Shown here: in pieces, positions 7,611 through 15,386 of the stretch
How the letters are laid out: each line of letters opens with the position of its first letter
How positions within the stretch are numbered: the stretch's first letter is position 1
Source: a virus
Lineage: Duplodnaviria > Caudoviricetes
IMG/VR virus record: IMGVR_UViG_3300017700_000593
Coordinates: 1-42,564 of that record
Direction: 5' to 3' (one strand)
DNA: 42,564 nt
Translations under genes and position numbers: made by a program
The notes under the pieces: model-generated
What the model saw: the letters and a program-made list of their open reading frames with translations, nothing else
What the model was told of the DNA's origin: nothing
Database searches by the model: none

Positions 7611-8042
7611 ATGCCAGACCTGACCGCCGCGCCCCGCACGGGCTCACACAGGCCTATCCAGGGCCGCAGGCGTGGCCACAGGCCCGTCAGCCTTGAAGGC
7701 CTGCCCAGCCCCGAGGAATTGGCCCAGCAGCCCCACAAGGGCGACGACGCCGATCGCTTCACGCTGTACACTGCCCAGCAGGTCGTGGCCGAGACCAAGG
7801 ACGTGAAGCTCTGCATCACGTTCGGTGAAGGCCCCGGCGACGTGATGAAGATCCGCGAGCAGGCCGACATGGTGATTGCGGGTATGCGGGCGATTATTGA
7901 AAAGACGCGCCAGCATGACATCGGATCAATTCGGCAGCGGATCGAGGCTCGCGCCGAGGCCGCCTCGCTGGGCCGGGCACTCTCCCGGTTCAACGGGCGC
8001 ACGCCGCACGGCGAGTGGAAGCCGAAGGGCGAGCGGTCTTGA
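7611..8042 (+). CDS. Hypothetical protein
   Basis: AGGAG RBS. The stop TGA begins TGATTCGGAAG, a partial R' element. Confidence 0.7.
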   Translation: MPDLTAAPRTGSHRPIQGRRRGHRPVSLEGLPSPEELAQQPHKGDDADRFTLYTAQQVVAETKDVKLCITFGEGPGDVMKIREQADMVIAGMRAIIEKTRQHDIGSIRQRIEARAEAASLGRALSRFNGRTPHGEWKPKGERS

Positions 8043-8221
8043 TTCGGAAGACACGCAAGGCGTGGTGTGCGCCGTGCAATTGGCGAAACTATATATTATA
8101 CGGCCTTGTTTTGATACAATGCCGGGCAACCACCTTGATTCCGCGTCAAGTTCTGGCCTGTCCCCCTGACTCACACGCGTTATCGTTTCCGTCTCGTTCC
8201 AACCAGATGTAGGCCCCCAAC

Positions 8222-8416
8222 ATGAGCAACATGCCCGTGAGATACACCGCCGACTCCGGCTTCCCGCAGCGAATCGCCTCCTGTCAGGCAGGCTTTTCAG
8301 ACGGCACGGTAGCGCCTGCCCGTCCCATCGGCGGCGGCCCGTTCTGGCAGCGCTGGCAGCTTGCATGGGCGGTGTTCACCGGACGCGCCGACGCGCTGTT
8401 CTGGGTGCGCCAGTGA
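8222..8416 (+). CDS. Small phage hypothetical protein
   Basis: PARP.G...RWQLAWAVFTGRADALFW resembles a recurrent phage mini-protein. GTGA overlap with the next gene. Confidence 0.7.
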   Translation: MSNMPVRYTADSGFPQRIASCQAGFSDGTVAPARPIGGGPFWQRWQLAWAVFTGRADALFWVRQ

Positions 8417-8850
8417 GCGCCGAGCCCACCCAGATCGCGCGCCACTTCCTGGAGAAGGAAGAAGACGGCAACGCGTCAGACTTCGTCTCGATTGGCGACC
8501 TGAAGAAGCTGGCGCGCGCCCACCTCACCGCCGCCAGCGAGAAGGACGCAGCCTATCTAGAGCGCAACCGGATGGTGGCGCTGCTGGCGGGGATCTACCC
8601 CTCCGGCATCGCGCGCACGAACATCCCCGGCTGGCTGCCTGAGTGGCACGGCTGCGTCTACATCGACCTGCCGACGGGGCAAGCAAGCTGGCACTACCAC
8701 GACAGCCACGCCCACCTGTTCGCGCATCTGCCGGCCTACACGAAGGCGTGGGATGGGCACACGACCGATCTGAAGTATATGCGCGTGGCAGCGCTGGCCT
8801 CGTCCACCGCCGAGGATCGCAGACTCGCCCGACGTGGGCAGATGTACTGA
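8413..8850 (+). CDS. WDGH-motif phage protein
   Basis: YLERNR...IDLPTGQASWHY...WDGHT motif. Confidence 0.75.
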   Translation: MSAEPTQIARHFLEKEEDGNASDFVSIGDLKKLARAHLTAASEKDAAYLERNRMVALLAGIYPSGIARTNIPGWLPEWHGCVYIDLPTGQASWHYHDSHAHLFAHLPAYTKAWDGHTTDLKYMRVAALASSTAEDRRLARRGQMY

Positions 8851-8861
8851 CGGAGGAAGTC

Positions 8862-9083
8862 ATGAGCGAAGATAGACGCGAGGTGATGGTTTACACGGCG
8901 GGCCTTCTGCTTTGGGGCGCTCTCCGTGATCACTTGCGGGCCTACGCATTCGACGGAGAGCAGGTCGAGTGGATCGAGTCGCGCGGTTGGATCAGCCGAG
9001 AGTTTCGGGTGCGCGCCCCGCGCTCGGTTCATCAAAGGCTGCACGCACTCATTGACGAGATGAACAAGCAGCCTGCGACATGA
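8862..9083 (+). CDS. Hypothetical protein
   Basis: GGAGG RBS. The stop TGA begins element R5. Confidence 0.75.
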   Translation: MSEDRREVMVYTAGLLLWGALRDHLRAYAFDGEQVEWIESRGWISREFRVRAPRSVHQRLHALIDEMNKQPAT

Positions 9084-9134
9084 GCAGGAAGGTCTAGCCT
9101 CAGTCTCCCCGGAGCGCTGAAAGCGCGTAGGCAC
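9081..9134 (+). repeat. Family R hairpin element, copy 5
   Basis: TGAGCAGGAAGGTCTAGC..TCAGTCTCC-CC.GGA.GCGCT.GAA.AGCGC.GTA.GG-CAC, then a C-rich tail. Confidence 0.9.
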
Positions 9135-9186
9135 CCCCTCCTCCGTCTCCTAGACTGCATTACACACGATGAGGGAATGATAGAAT

Positions 9187-9214
9187 GAGGTGGACCGCAG
9201 GTGCCGGTCCCTTT
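9187..9214 (-). repeat. Family C hairpin element, copy 5
   Basis: GAGGT-GGACCG-CAGGTGC-CGGTCC-CTTT, preceded by a purine tract. Confidence 0.85.
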
Positions 9215-9242
9215 GCCGCTACACACACGATGAGGTCCTGCA

Positions 9243-9521
9243 ATGAGCGGTCTGACGATCTGGAAGATGGAGCTGAAGCCCGGCGTGGCGGCCTACGATC
9301 TGCCGAAGGGCGCGCGCATTCTGTCTGTCGCCTTCCAGCGAGGCGCGCCGCAAATGTGGTTCATGTGCAACCCCTCGGCCGAGCACGAGAAACGGATCAT
9401 CGTCTTCACCGGGACCGGCCACGAAATCGAGGAAATTGGCGAGCACAAGTTTGTCGGCACGATGATGACCGAAGATCAGAATTTCGTCTTCCACGTCCTT
9501 GAGCGCGTCAGCGCGTGGTGA
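9243..9521 (+). CDS. Conserved-type phage hypothetical protein
   Basis: IWK..L....LPKGA.ILSV..Q.....W........GTGH....FVGT...FVFHV pattern. Bracketed by elements C5 and R6. Confidence 0.85.
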   Translation: MSGLTIWKMELKPGVAAYDLPKGARILSVAFQRGAPQMWFMCNPSAEHEKRIIVFTGTGHEIEEIGEHKFVGTMMTEDQNFVFHVLERVSAW

Positions 9522-9567
9522 GCAGGAAGGTCTAGCTGAAGGACTCCCCGGAGCGAAGCGGAGGCAC
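9519..9567 (+). repeat. Family R hairpin element, copy 6
   Basis: TGAGCAGGAAGGTCTAGC (18/18 identical with R5)...CC.GGA.GC.GAA.GC.GGA.GG-CAC. Confidence 0.9.
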
Positions 9568-9610
9568 CTCTACTTCCCGCCCTTCACGAACGATGACAGA
9601 GCGTCAGGCC

Positions 9611-9790
9611 TCATTTGCAGAGCTTTGACCAAGCGGCGTTGTGCCCCCGGATCTGCGCCTTCGTCGCCTCACTGTCCTGCGCCGCCGAGTAGGTAATTGG
9701 CTGAAAGGCCGTGCAGGACGTATCGACAACCGTCGTCGCGCAGGCGACCAGAAAGCCGCTAGCGGCGAGCGTCGCGGTTAAACGGATCAT
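9611..9790 (-). CDS. Putative o-spanin (Rz1-like lipoprotein), 59 aa, absent from the ORF track
   Basis: Manual translation MIRLTATLAASGFLVAC-ATTVVDTSC...WSKLCK has a lipobox and overlaps the i-spanin 3' end. Confidence 0.75.
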   Translation of the reverse strand: MIRLTATLAASGFLVACATTVVDTSCTAFQPITYSAAQDSEATKAQIRGHNAAWSKLCK

Positions 9791-10016
9791 CCGCTTCCTC
9801 CTGAGATGTGACGGGCTGGCTGGCCTCCGCGCGTGCCGCGTTGGCCGCGGCAGTTCGGCTCAGGGACTTGGTTGCAGCCTCGGCCCTCTCGCTGGCCTTC
9901 CCGGCCCCGAAGGCTCGAGCCAGCACCAGCACGACGGCGCCGATCGCTGCGGCGGCCACGATCAGGTAGCTCATCACCTTGGAGCCTTTGAAGGCTGTCC
10001 ACGCAGCGGCGATCAT
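9759..10016 (-). CDS. Putative i-spanin (Rz-like)
   Basis: N-terminal TM plus Ala-rich helix, directly after the endolysin. Confidence 0.65.
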   Translation of the reverse strand: MIAAAWTAFKGSKVMSYLIVAAAAIGAVVLVLARAFGAGKASERAEAATKSLSRTAAANAARAEASQPVTSQEEADDPFNRDARR

Positions 10017-10774
10017 GTCGACACCACTTCGCCGCGCCGCTTCTTGATGACGTAGCGCCACAGCATGAAGGCGACCGCCCCCAGGGCGATGATCGACAGC
10101 GCGGCCCCGCCCAGCTTCAGCATGCCCTGCAGAGAGGCCCCAGCCGTCGTGAGGCTGGTGATGACGGGCGTCACTTGGTTGATCTGGTCAGCCACGCTGG
10201 CAGCACCAGCCGCCACCGACACGCCGCCGGCAATGACCGTGGCGCTGGTGGCGTTGCCCTTCGGCGGCGCGACCACCTGCGGGCTGGGCACGATGGCGAT
10301 CTCGTTGACCGGCTTCAGGTAAAGGGCGGCCTCGGTGTTGCGTCGGCGGGTGAGGCCCGCCATGACCACCAGCTCGCCGTTGACCGTAGCCTTGTTCCAC
10401 AGCACGAAGGATGCCGCCGCGCGGTCCCTTTCGCCTGCCTTGTGATGTCGGCACACCGACGAGCTGGGGAAGCCATTCTTGGGGTCCGGCCCGATGTTGA
10501 AGCAGAGCGACACCATGGCCGAGAATTCGTTCTCGTTTGCGTTGCCGGCATACTTCTCGACGCAGGCCTCGGCCCAGTCGAGGTTGCGGTCCAAGTCCGC
10601 CTGCGCCTGGTCGACGGTGATGGCCTTCCCCGGCACGACGCCGTGGGTGTTGCCCCAGCCGTTCGTCAGCTTCCCGGCCGGGCAGTAGTAGGGCATCAGC
10701 GCCGGGCCACCCATCGGTCCCTGCTCAAACTCCTTGACCAGCGCGTAGCCGGCACCATTGATCTCGCGTGGCAT
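10013..10774 (-). CDS. Endolysin, GH24 phage lysozyme with C-terminal hydrophobic helices
   Basis: KEFE...YYCPAGKLTNGWGNT...FSAMVSLCFNIG...GLTRRRNTEAALY. Confidence 0.9.
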   Translation of the reverse strand: MPREINGAGYALVKEFEQGPMGGPALMPYYCPAGKLTNGWGNTHGVVPGKAITVDQAQADLDRNLDWAEACVEKYAGNANENEFSAMVSLCFNIGPDPKNGFPSSSVCRHHKAGERDRAAASFVLWNKATVNGELVVMAGLTRRRNTEAALYLKPVNEIAIVPSPQVVAPPKGNATSATVIAGGVSVAAGAASVADQINQVTPVITSLTTAGASLQGMLKLGGAALSIIALGAVAFMLWRYVIKKRRGEVVST

Positions 10775-10783
10775 GCTCTTTCC

Positions 10784-11098
10784 TTATCGAGGGGGTTGCG
10801 GGTTGGGCGCGGTCGGGATGGACCGCAGAATCTGCTCCATGCGGTCAAGCTGCCGCCCCTGCCGCTCGATGTCCGACTTGATGGCCTTGTTGTCGCCCTT
10901 CAGCTCGATGATGCTTTCCTTCACCGTGCCGAGGGTCTTGGACGTGTCGTCGTCGCGCTTCTCCCCGGCCTCGACCCGCTGGGCCAAGGCCTTGATGTCG
11001 CCTTGGGACACGCCCCAGGCGATGGCGCCGCCGATCAGCAGGACAGCGACAGAGATCAGGTTCCCCGTGCTTACCCGGTTCTCGACCTTGGGGGTCAT
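10784..11098 (-). CDS. Single-TM coiled-coil protein, holin or lysis-cassette candidate
   Basis: TM segment LISVAVLLIGGAIAWGV, immediately upstream of the endolysin. Confidence 0.65.
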   Translation of the reverse strand: MTPKVENRVSTGNLISVAVLLIGGAIAWGVSQGDIKALAQRVEAGEKRDDDTSKTLGTVKESIIELKGDNKAIKSDIERQGRQLDRMEQILRSIPTAPNPQPPR

Positions 11099-11192
11099 GT
11101 CAGACACTGCGTCTCTCCACGGGTGGGGCATCGGCCGTCCTATGTGCGGATTCGCACTGACTCTTTAACGCTTGTCCCGGTACGCTGGTTCT

Positions 11193-11276
11193 AGCCATTG
11201 GTCCGCAGCCTCCTTGCTGTGGGTCTCTGGTCAGGTCCCCGGCCGCTTCGTGAGAGTGGTCGGGGGCCGCTGCTTT
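11193..11276 (+). ncRNA. Putative cis-antisense sRNA over the translation start of a 32-aa minus-strand leader ORF (11100-11198)
   Basis: Two hairpins pair fully only on the + strand, using G-U wobbles. A TACGCT -10-like box lies at 11181-11186. The same layout occurs at 36861-36935. Confidence 0.45.
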
Positions 11277-11319
11277 ACGCTCTTACGCTCTGAACTATCG
11301 CGTGCTATCTCTCCGGGAC

Positions 11320-11332
11320 GGGGGGGGGGGGG
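11320..11332 (+). repeat. Poly-G homopolymer (G13)
   Basis: 13 consecutive G upstream of the methyltransferase operon. Confidence 0.9.
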
Positions 11333-11349
11333 CAAGGGAGAGGGACATC

Positions 11350-11439
11350 ATGCAAATAGGGTTCTTGCTTTTCGAGATCGGCCTGTTTCTCTTTTTCTGC
11401 TATGGCGTGATAACTTGGGGGCACGGGATCACTCAATGA
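11350..11439 (+). CDS. 29-aa hydrophobic peptide coupled to the methyltransferase
   Basis: MQIGFLLFEIGLFLFFCYGVITWGHGITQ, with GGAGAGGG RBS and an ATGA overlap. Confidence 0.5.
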   Translation: MQIGFLLFEIGLFLFFCYGVITWGHGITQ

Positions 11440-12128
11440 ACGCAACCCAGGTCGCCCACACGAAGACGCTGCAAACCGAGGATCGTATCCGCTCCAACAG
11501 CAGCCTGCTCACTGAGCAGATGCGGTGGCTGGAGACACTGCCGGTCGACTTCCAGACCATCCTTGATGTCGGCTGCGGCGCGGGCTTCCATGCAAAGTGG
11601 TTCCATGGCCGCGGGCACAAGGTCACGGCCACCGACTGGAGCACTGATGCCTTCTTGTTCGCTGACGAGATCGAGGCCGTTGCGTCGGACATCCTGCAGT
11701 ACCTGCCCACCAAGGAATACGACGCCATCGTCTGCTCGCATGTCTTGGAGCACTTTGCCGACCCAGGGACGCTGATGCGCAAGCTGCGGTCTCTTCTCAA
11801 GCCCGGCGGCTACCTGTTCCTTGTCGTCCCGGGTTACACGCCTCTTTCCTGCAATGGCCACTGGCACACGGGCTGGAACATCACCCAACTGGGCGGCTGG
11901 CTGGTCTCCATGGGCTTCGATTGCCGGGAGGGCACTTTTGCCCACCTTGGCATCAACGTCTGCGGCTTCGGGCGGAAGTCCGATGAGGTTCCGTCCGACG
12001 CTCACTTCGACCTCCCACGCATCCTGCGTTTCATGCCTGCCCCCTTCAAGAAAGCCGAATTTTTCCAAGGCACCGACCATCTCCTGAGAGCAGACCTGAC
12101 ATGGGTCGACGCTGATATGTGCGAATAG
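11436..12128 (+). CDS. Class I SAM-dependent methyltransferase (moron, opposite strand to the late genes)
   Basis: ILDVGCGAG, YDAIVCSHVLEH, LLKPGGYLFLVVP. Confidence 0.9.
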   Translation: MNATQVAHTKTLQTEDRIRSNSSLLTEQMRWLETLPVDFQTILDVGCGAGFHAKWFHGRGHKVTATDWSTDAFLFADEIEAVASDILQYLPTKEYDAIVCSHVLEHFADPGTLMRKLRSLLKPGGYLFLVVPGYTPLSCNGHWHTGWNITQLGGWLVSMGFDCREGTFAHLGINVCGFGRKSDEVPSDAHFDLPRILRFMPAPFKKAEFFQGTDHLLRADLTWVDADMCE

Positions 12129-12301
12129 GCCATGACCGAGACCGAGTGCAGAGACGGCACGACCGATCATGAATGGATCGAGGAAGATCCCCGACTGGCC
12201 CTTCCCTACCGGCGCCGCTACCACTGCACGCGCTGCCACCAACGCATGGGGTTGCTCGGTGCCCGTGCCGTGGTGATCCCGCGCGAAGAGCAGGCGGTCC
12301 A

Positions 12302-14332
12302 TTAGCCCATCACCACGATCTCGGCGCGGCTGTCATCGAGGATGCGCCGCACGCGACCAACGATGTTGTCGTCGTGCCGCGAGTCGGCGATCGCGATGGC
12401 GATGCTGTCGTCCGACCCCTCGACCGCCTTCAGGTATTGGCCGGGCTTGGCGTCATAAAAGTTGACCGGCACCTTCCCGCAGTAGGCGATGCGATCAACC
12501 TTCTGGCGTTCTGCTTCATGGCGAGCCAGATACTCGCCCATGCCCTTGTTAAACTGCTCCTTGAGCGGCGTGTAGACCGCCATGGCCGCCTCGTATGCGT
12601 CTACATCAGCCTCCCACTTCCTGACCGCTTCTGCATGGTCGGCTTCGATCTGCGCCGCGATCCGGGGGTCACTCTTGCGGATGGTTTCCGTGGCCTCTGG
12701 CCGCGCGCGCGGCGGCAGCGGCGGGACCGGCTCGACAGGCGGTTGTCCGGCGGCTGTGTGCCAGGTATCTCCGCCAACCAGGTTCGGGTTGGTGGACTTA
12801 ACGGCGAAGGATACAGCCCTGGAGAACGCAGTCGTTAACAGGCCGTCTTCATCAAAGCCGACCACTTGGCCCTTGGCGATCTCGCCGCAGTCGTCGCCTT
12901 TGCGCTCATATTCCGCGTAGTCTGCGCCGGAAGCGTTGACCGTCCCCCAGGCATTGATGCTGCGCGACGTGAGTGAATTACCGCCAACGCCGAGGGCGGT
13001 ATTGGCGCCAATGTTCCACAACCCGCCCGTTGCAACATAGCTCAGGATGGAGTGGGTTCCGTTGGCTGACCGTACCGCGAACGCCGTTGTGCCCTCGGTG
13101 TTGTCGCGGCCGAGGACTACCGACATGCCCTGTTGATGCTCAGTAACCAGCTCGGCGCTGCCGTTGGTGTAGACATCCGCGATCTTCGCGACGGAGTTAT
13201 CGATGTAGCGGGTCTTCTGGCCGGGCCCCATCGTGATTGCGGCGCGCGAGTAGGTTCCGTTAACGCAGTTGAGAAGCGTGGCGCAGGAAAGCCCGGCTTG
13301 GTCAGTAACGCCGGCTCCTGCGGCGGCGATAGCGTTGATGATGACGCCATTGGAGAACGTACCGCCAGCCGCCCCTGCGGTTTGGATGGCGGGACCGACC
13401 GAATCGACGTTGAACGCAACGAGAAACTGGCCGCCGCTATTGCCGGAGATGGTGCAGCCCACTCCGGGCTCAACGTCGATTTCTTGACCGACCAAGGAAA
13501 TGCTGGTTGTTCCGGCAACTGCGCAAGCTATGTGGTTAGCGCCGAAAGCTCGGCAGCCATTGGCGATCACATGTCCGACGCTCAATTGCGCGGCAACGGT
13601 GTCGATTGATGTGTTGCTGTTGGTGACGTAATTTACTTGGCCCAGGAAATAATCGGTGGCACCGTTCCCGTCCGCACTGACATATCCCTTGCTCACCCCG
13701 AAAAGAGCCTTCACCTTGCCGGGCCAAATCGCGCCCAGGGCGGCTAGTGTATAGGTGGCATTCTCGTTGCTGGTGACGGCGCTACCGCACTCCAGCGCGG
13801 AGCCCGCAACGGCCGTTGGGCTGTAAGCGTCCCAATAGAGCAAGACGCCGCGCAAGGCGCCGGTAACAAACGTCGTGCCGGCATCGATGTGGACGGCGAC
13901 GCCTGACGAGAACGTGAAATCTGTGGAGAGCTTGTAGGCTGATTTGGGAATATGTAGTTGGCCGCCGCCGACCGCCACGATAGCCGCGTCCGCTGCCGCG
14001 AATGCCGGACGGTCATTCGTCGTGCCATCTCCCGTTGTGCCGAACCACGTCACGTCGTACAGGCCGGCTGTAAATATACGCTTGTACCGCCCCGCCGTTC
14101 CGCTCGTGGGATTGACGACCAGCGCGTCATCCGCCGTCGTGACTGAGCCCAGGACCCATTGCCAGGCGCCGGCAGCCTGCCCCGTTTTGACGATGACCAC
14201 CTCTGGCCGGATGGGGAGCGCCTTCAGGGCTGCAAGGTTTTCAACCTCATAGACCACGACACTGCCGCTTCCGCCGCCCCCGCCGGCAAAGCGGTTGAAG
14301 TTAGCCTGATTGAGCTGCAGACCGGCGTACAT
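12302..14332 (-). CDS. Tailspike/receptor-binding protein with beta-helix body and C-terminal intramolecular chaperone (peptidase G2-like)
   Basis: VTWFGTTGDGTTND...AF...GGGQLHIP marks a beta-helix entry. The C-terminus has ADYAEY...STNP..VG...RIAYCGKVPV. Confidence 0.8.
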   Translation of the reverse strand: MYAGLQLNQANFNRFAGGGGGSGSVVVYEVENLAALKALPIRPEVVIVKTGQAAGAWQWVLGSVTTADDALVVNPTSGTAGRYKRIFTAGLYDVTWFGTTGDGTTNDRPAFAAADAAIVAVGGGQLHIPKSAYKLSTDFTFSSGVAVHIDAGTTFVTGALRGVLLYWDAYSPTAVAGSALECGSAVTSNENATYTLAALGAIWPGKVKALFGVSKGYVSADGNGATDYFLGQVNYVTNSNTSIDTVAAQLSVGHVIANGCRAFGANHIACAVAGTTSISLVGQEIDVEPGVGCTISGNSGGQFLVAFNVDSVGPAIQTAGAAGGTFSNGVIINAIAAAGAGVTDQAGLSCATLLNCVNGTYSRAAITMGPGQKTRYIDNSVAKIADVYTNGSAELVTEHQQGMSVVLGRDNTEGTTAFAVRSANGTHSILSYVATGGLWNIGANTALGVGGNSLTSRSINAWGTVNASGADYAEYERKGDDCGEIAKGQVVGFDEDGLLTTAFSRAVSFAVKSTNPNLVGGDTWHTAAGQPPVEPVPPLPPRARPEATETIRKSDPRIAAQIEADHAEAVRKWEADVDAYEAAMAVYTPLKEQFNKGMGEYLARHEAERQKVDRIAYCGKVPVNFYDAKPGQYLKAVEGSDDSIAIAIADSRHDDNIVGRVRRILDDSRAEIVVMG

Positions 14333-14668
14333 CTAGTGCACCACCGTCAGGCCGCCGGCTGATACCTGTACGGTGATCGTGCCTGACACCGTGATCCCCG
14401 CGAAGTAGGTCGGCGCACTGCCGCCCCGAGCGTTCGGAATGGCCATGTAGGAAAGGCCCGGCGGGAAGGCGAGATAGGAGGTTGTCGCCACAACACTCGA
14501 ATCACCGAAGGCCAAATGCACGTAGTCGAGCCCCAGATTGTTGATGCACAACACGGAGCCGTTCGTGGGGTCCGGCAGGGCGACGCGGCTGGACGAGGTC
14601 GTGCACGCCAGCGTTGCGCCAGCGCCGCCGTTCTGTGGCACAAAGAGGGTGCTTTCCGTGGGACCCAT
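14333..14668 (-). CDS. Small virion or tail-associated protein
   Basis: Beta-rich 111-aa ORF between tail genes. Confidence 0.7.
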   Translation of the reverse strand: MGPTESTLFVPQNGGAGATLACTTSSSRVALPDPTNGSVLCINNLGLDYVHLAFGDSSVVATTSYLAFPPGLSYMAIPNARGGSAPTYFAGITVSGTITVQVSAGGLTVVH

Positions 14669-14678
14669 GACAATGCTC

Positions 14679-15386
14679 CTAGGGAGTTTTCTCGGTGATC
14701 ACGATTGACGAGGCCATGACGCCGCCGAATAGGCGCCCGCCGCCCAAGCCGTTGAATGTGGTGGTGCCGGTGTTCGATCCTGCGCGGACGCGGAAGGTGG
14801 TCGCGGACGTGGTGCCGGCCAGCATCGTGTAGCGAAGGGGCACGCACACGCCGCCATTGGTCGTGGGCACACTCTGCCAGACTGCAGCCAAGGCATTTGC
14901 CGTTGCGTCCTGGAACAGACACACCGCGAGGGGCGCCCCGATCGTGTTGTTGGCGGCGTTTACCACCACATCGATGATGAGCGCGGATGTCGCGCTGCTT
15001 GGGGTGATGGCCAGCGTCATGTACTGGTCGCCCTCGGTGATCTGCGGGATCGAGTCATCGAAGGGGATGACCGTCGCTCCCGTCGCTACGCCGCTGGAGA
15101 TGACCGAAACCACCTGACGCACGCCGTAGGTGGATGTCTGGCCGAAGGTTGCCGAGTCCTGCGCCGCCGAGCCGTCCGCCAAGCCGGTGAACTTGTGGCT
15201 CGCCATAGGGATGTTGGCGGTGACGGTCGACTGGCCATCGCTGCAGATGACGGTCGAAAGCGCCGCCTCGATGTCGTCTAGCAGCGTGTTCCATGCGGTG
15301 GGCGTGGCGCTACCGCCAGAGGTGGCTGGATTGAACGCGCCGGGTGAGCTTGGGGCTACATAGGTGCCAGAGCCGTTATAGGGCAC
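14679..15386 (-). CDS. Tail fibre anchor/adaptor protein
   Basis: MPYNGSGTY...DDIEAALS...DGQ...NIPM..HKFTGLADG resembles podoviral fibre N-termini. Confidence 0.7.
   Translation of the reverse strand: MPYNGSGTYVAPSSPGAFNPATSGGSATPTAWNTLLDDIEAALSTVICSDGQSTVTANIPMASHKFTGLADGSAAQDSATFGQTSTYGVRQVVSVISSGVATGATVIPFDDSIPQITEGDQYMTLAITPSSATSALIIDVVVNAANNTIGAPLAVCLFQDATANALAAVWQSVPTTNGGVCVPLRYTMLAGTTSATTFRVRAGSNTGTTTFNGLGGGRLFGGVMASSIVITEKTP

Noticed and set aside
9081-9567. R elements as rho-independent terminators
   Set aside because: There is no U-tract (tails are C-rich), the stems contain GA mismatches, they lie within an apparently co-transcribed arm, and related elements occur antisense at 5' ends.
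663-9590. CRISPR array or classical integron (attC) array
   Set aside because: The repeats are heterogeneous, gene-spaced and in both orientations. I saw no RYYYAAC/GTTRRRY core boxes, and no cas or intI gene.
12302-14332. Diversity-generating retroelement acting on the tailspike
   Set aside because: No reverse transcriptase and no TR/VR repeat pair were seen.
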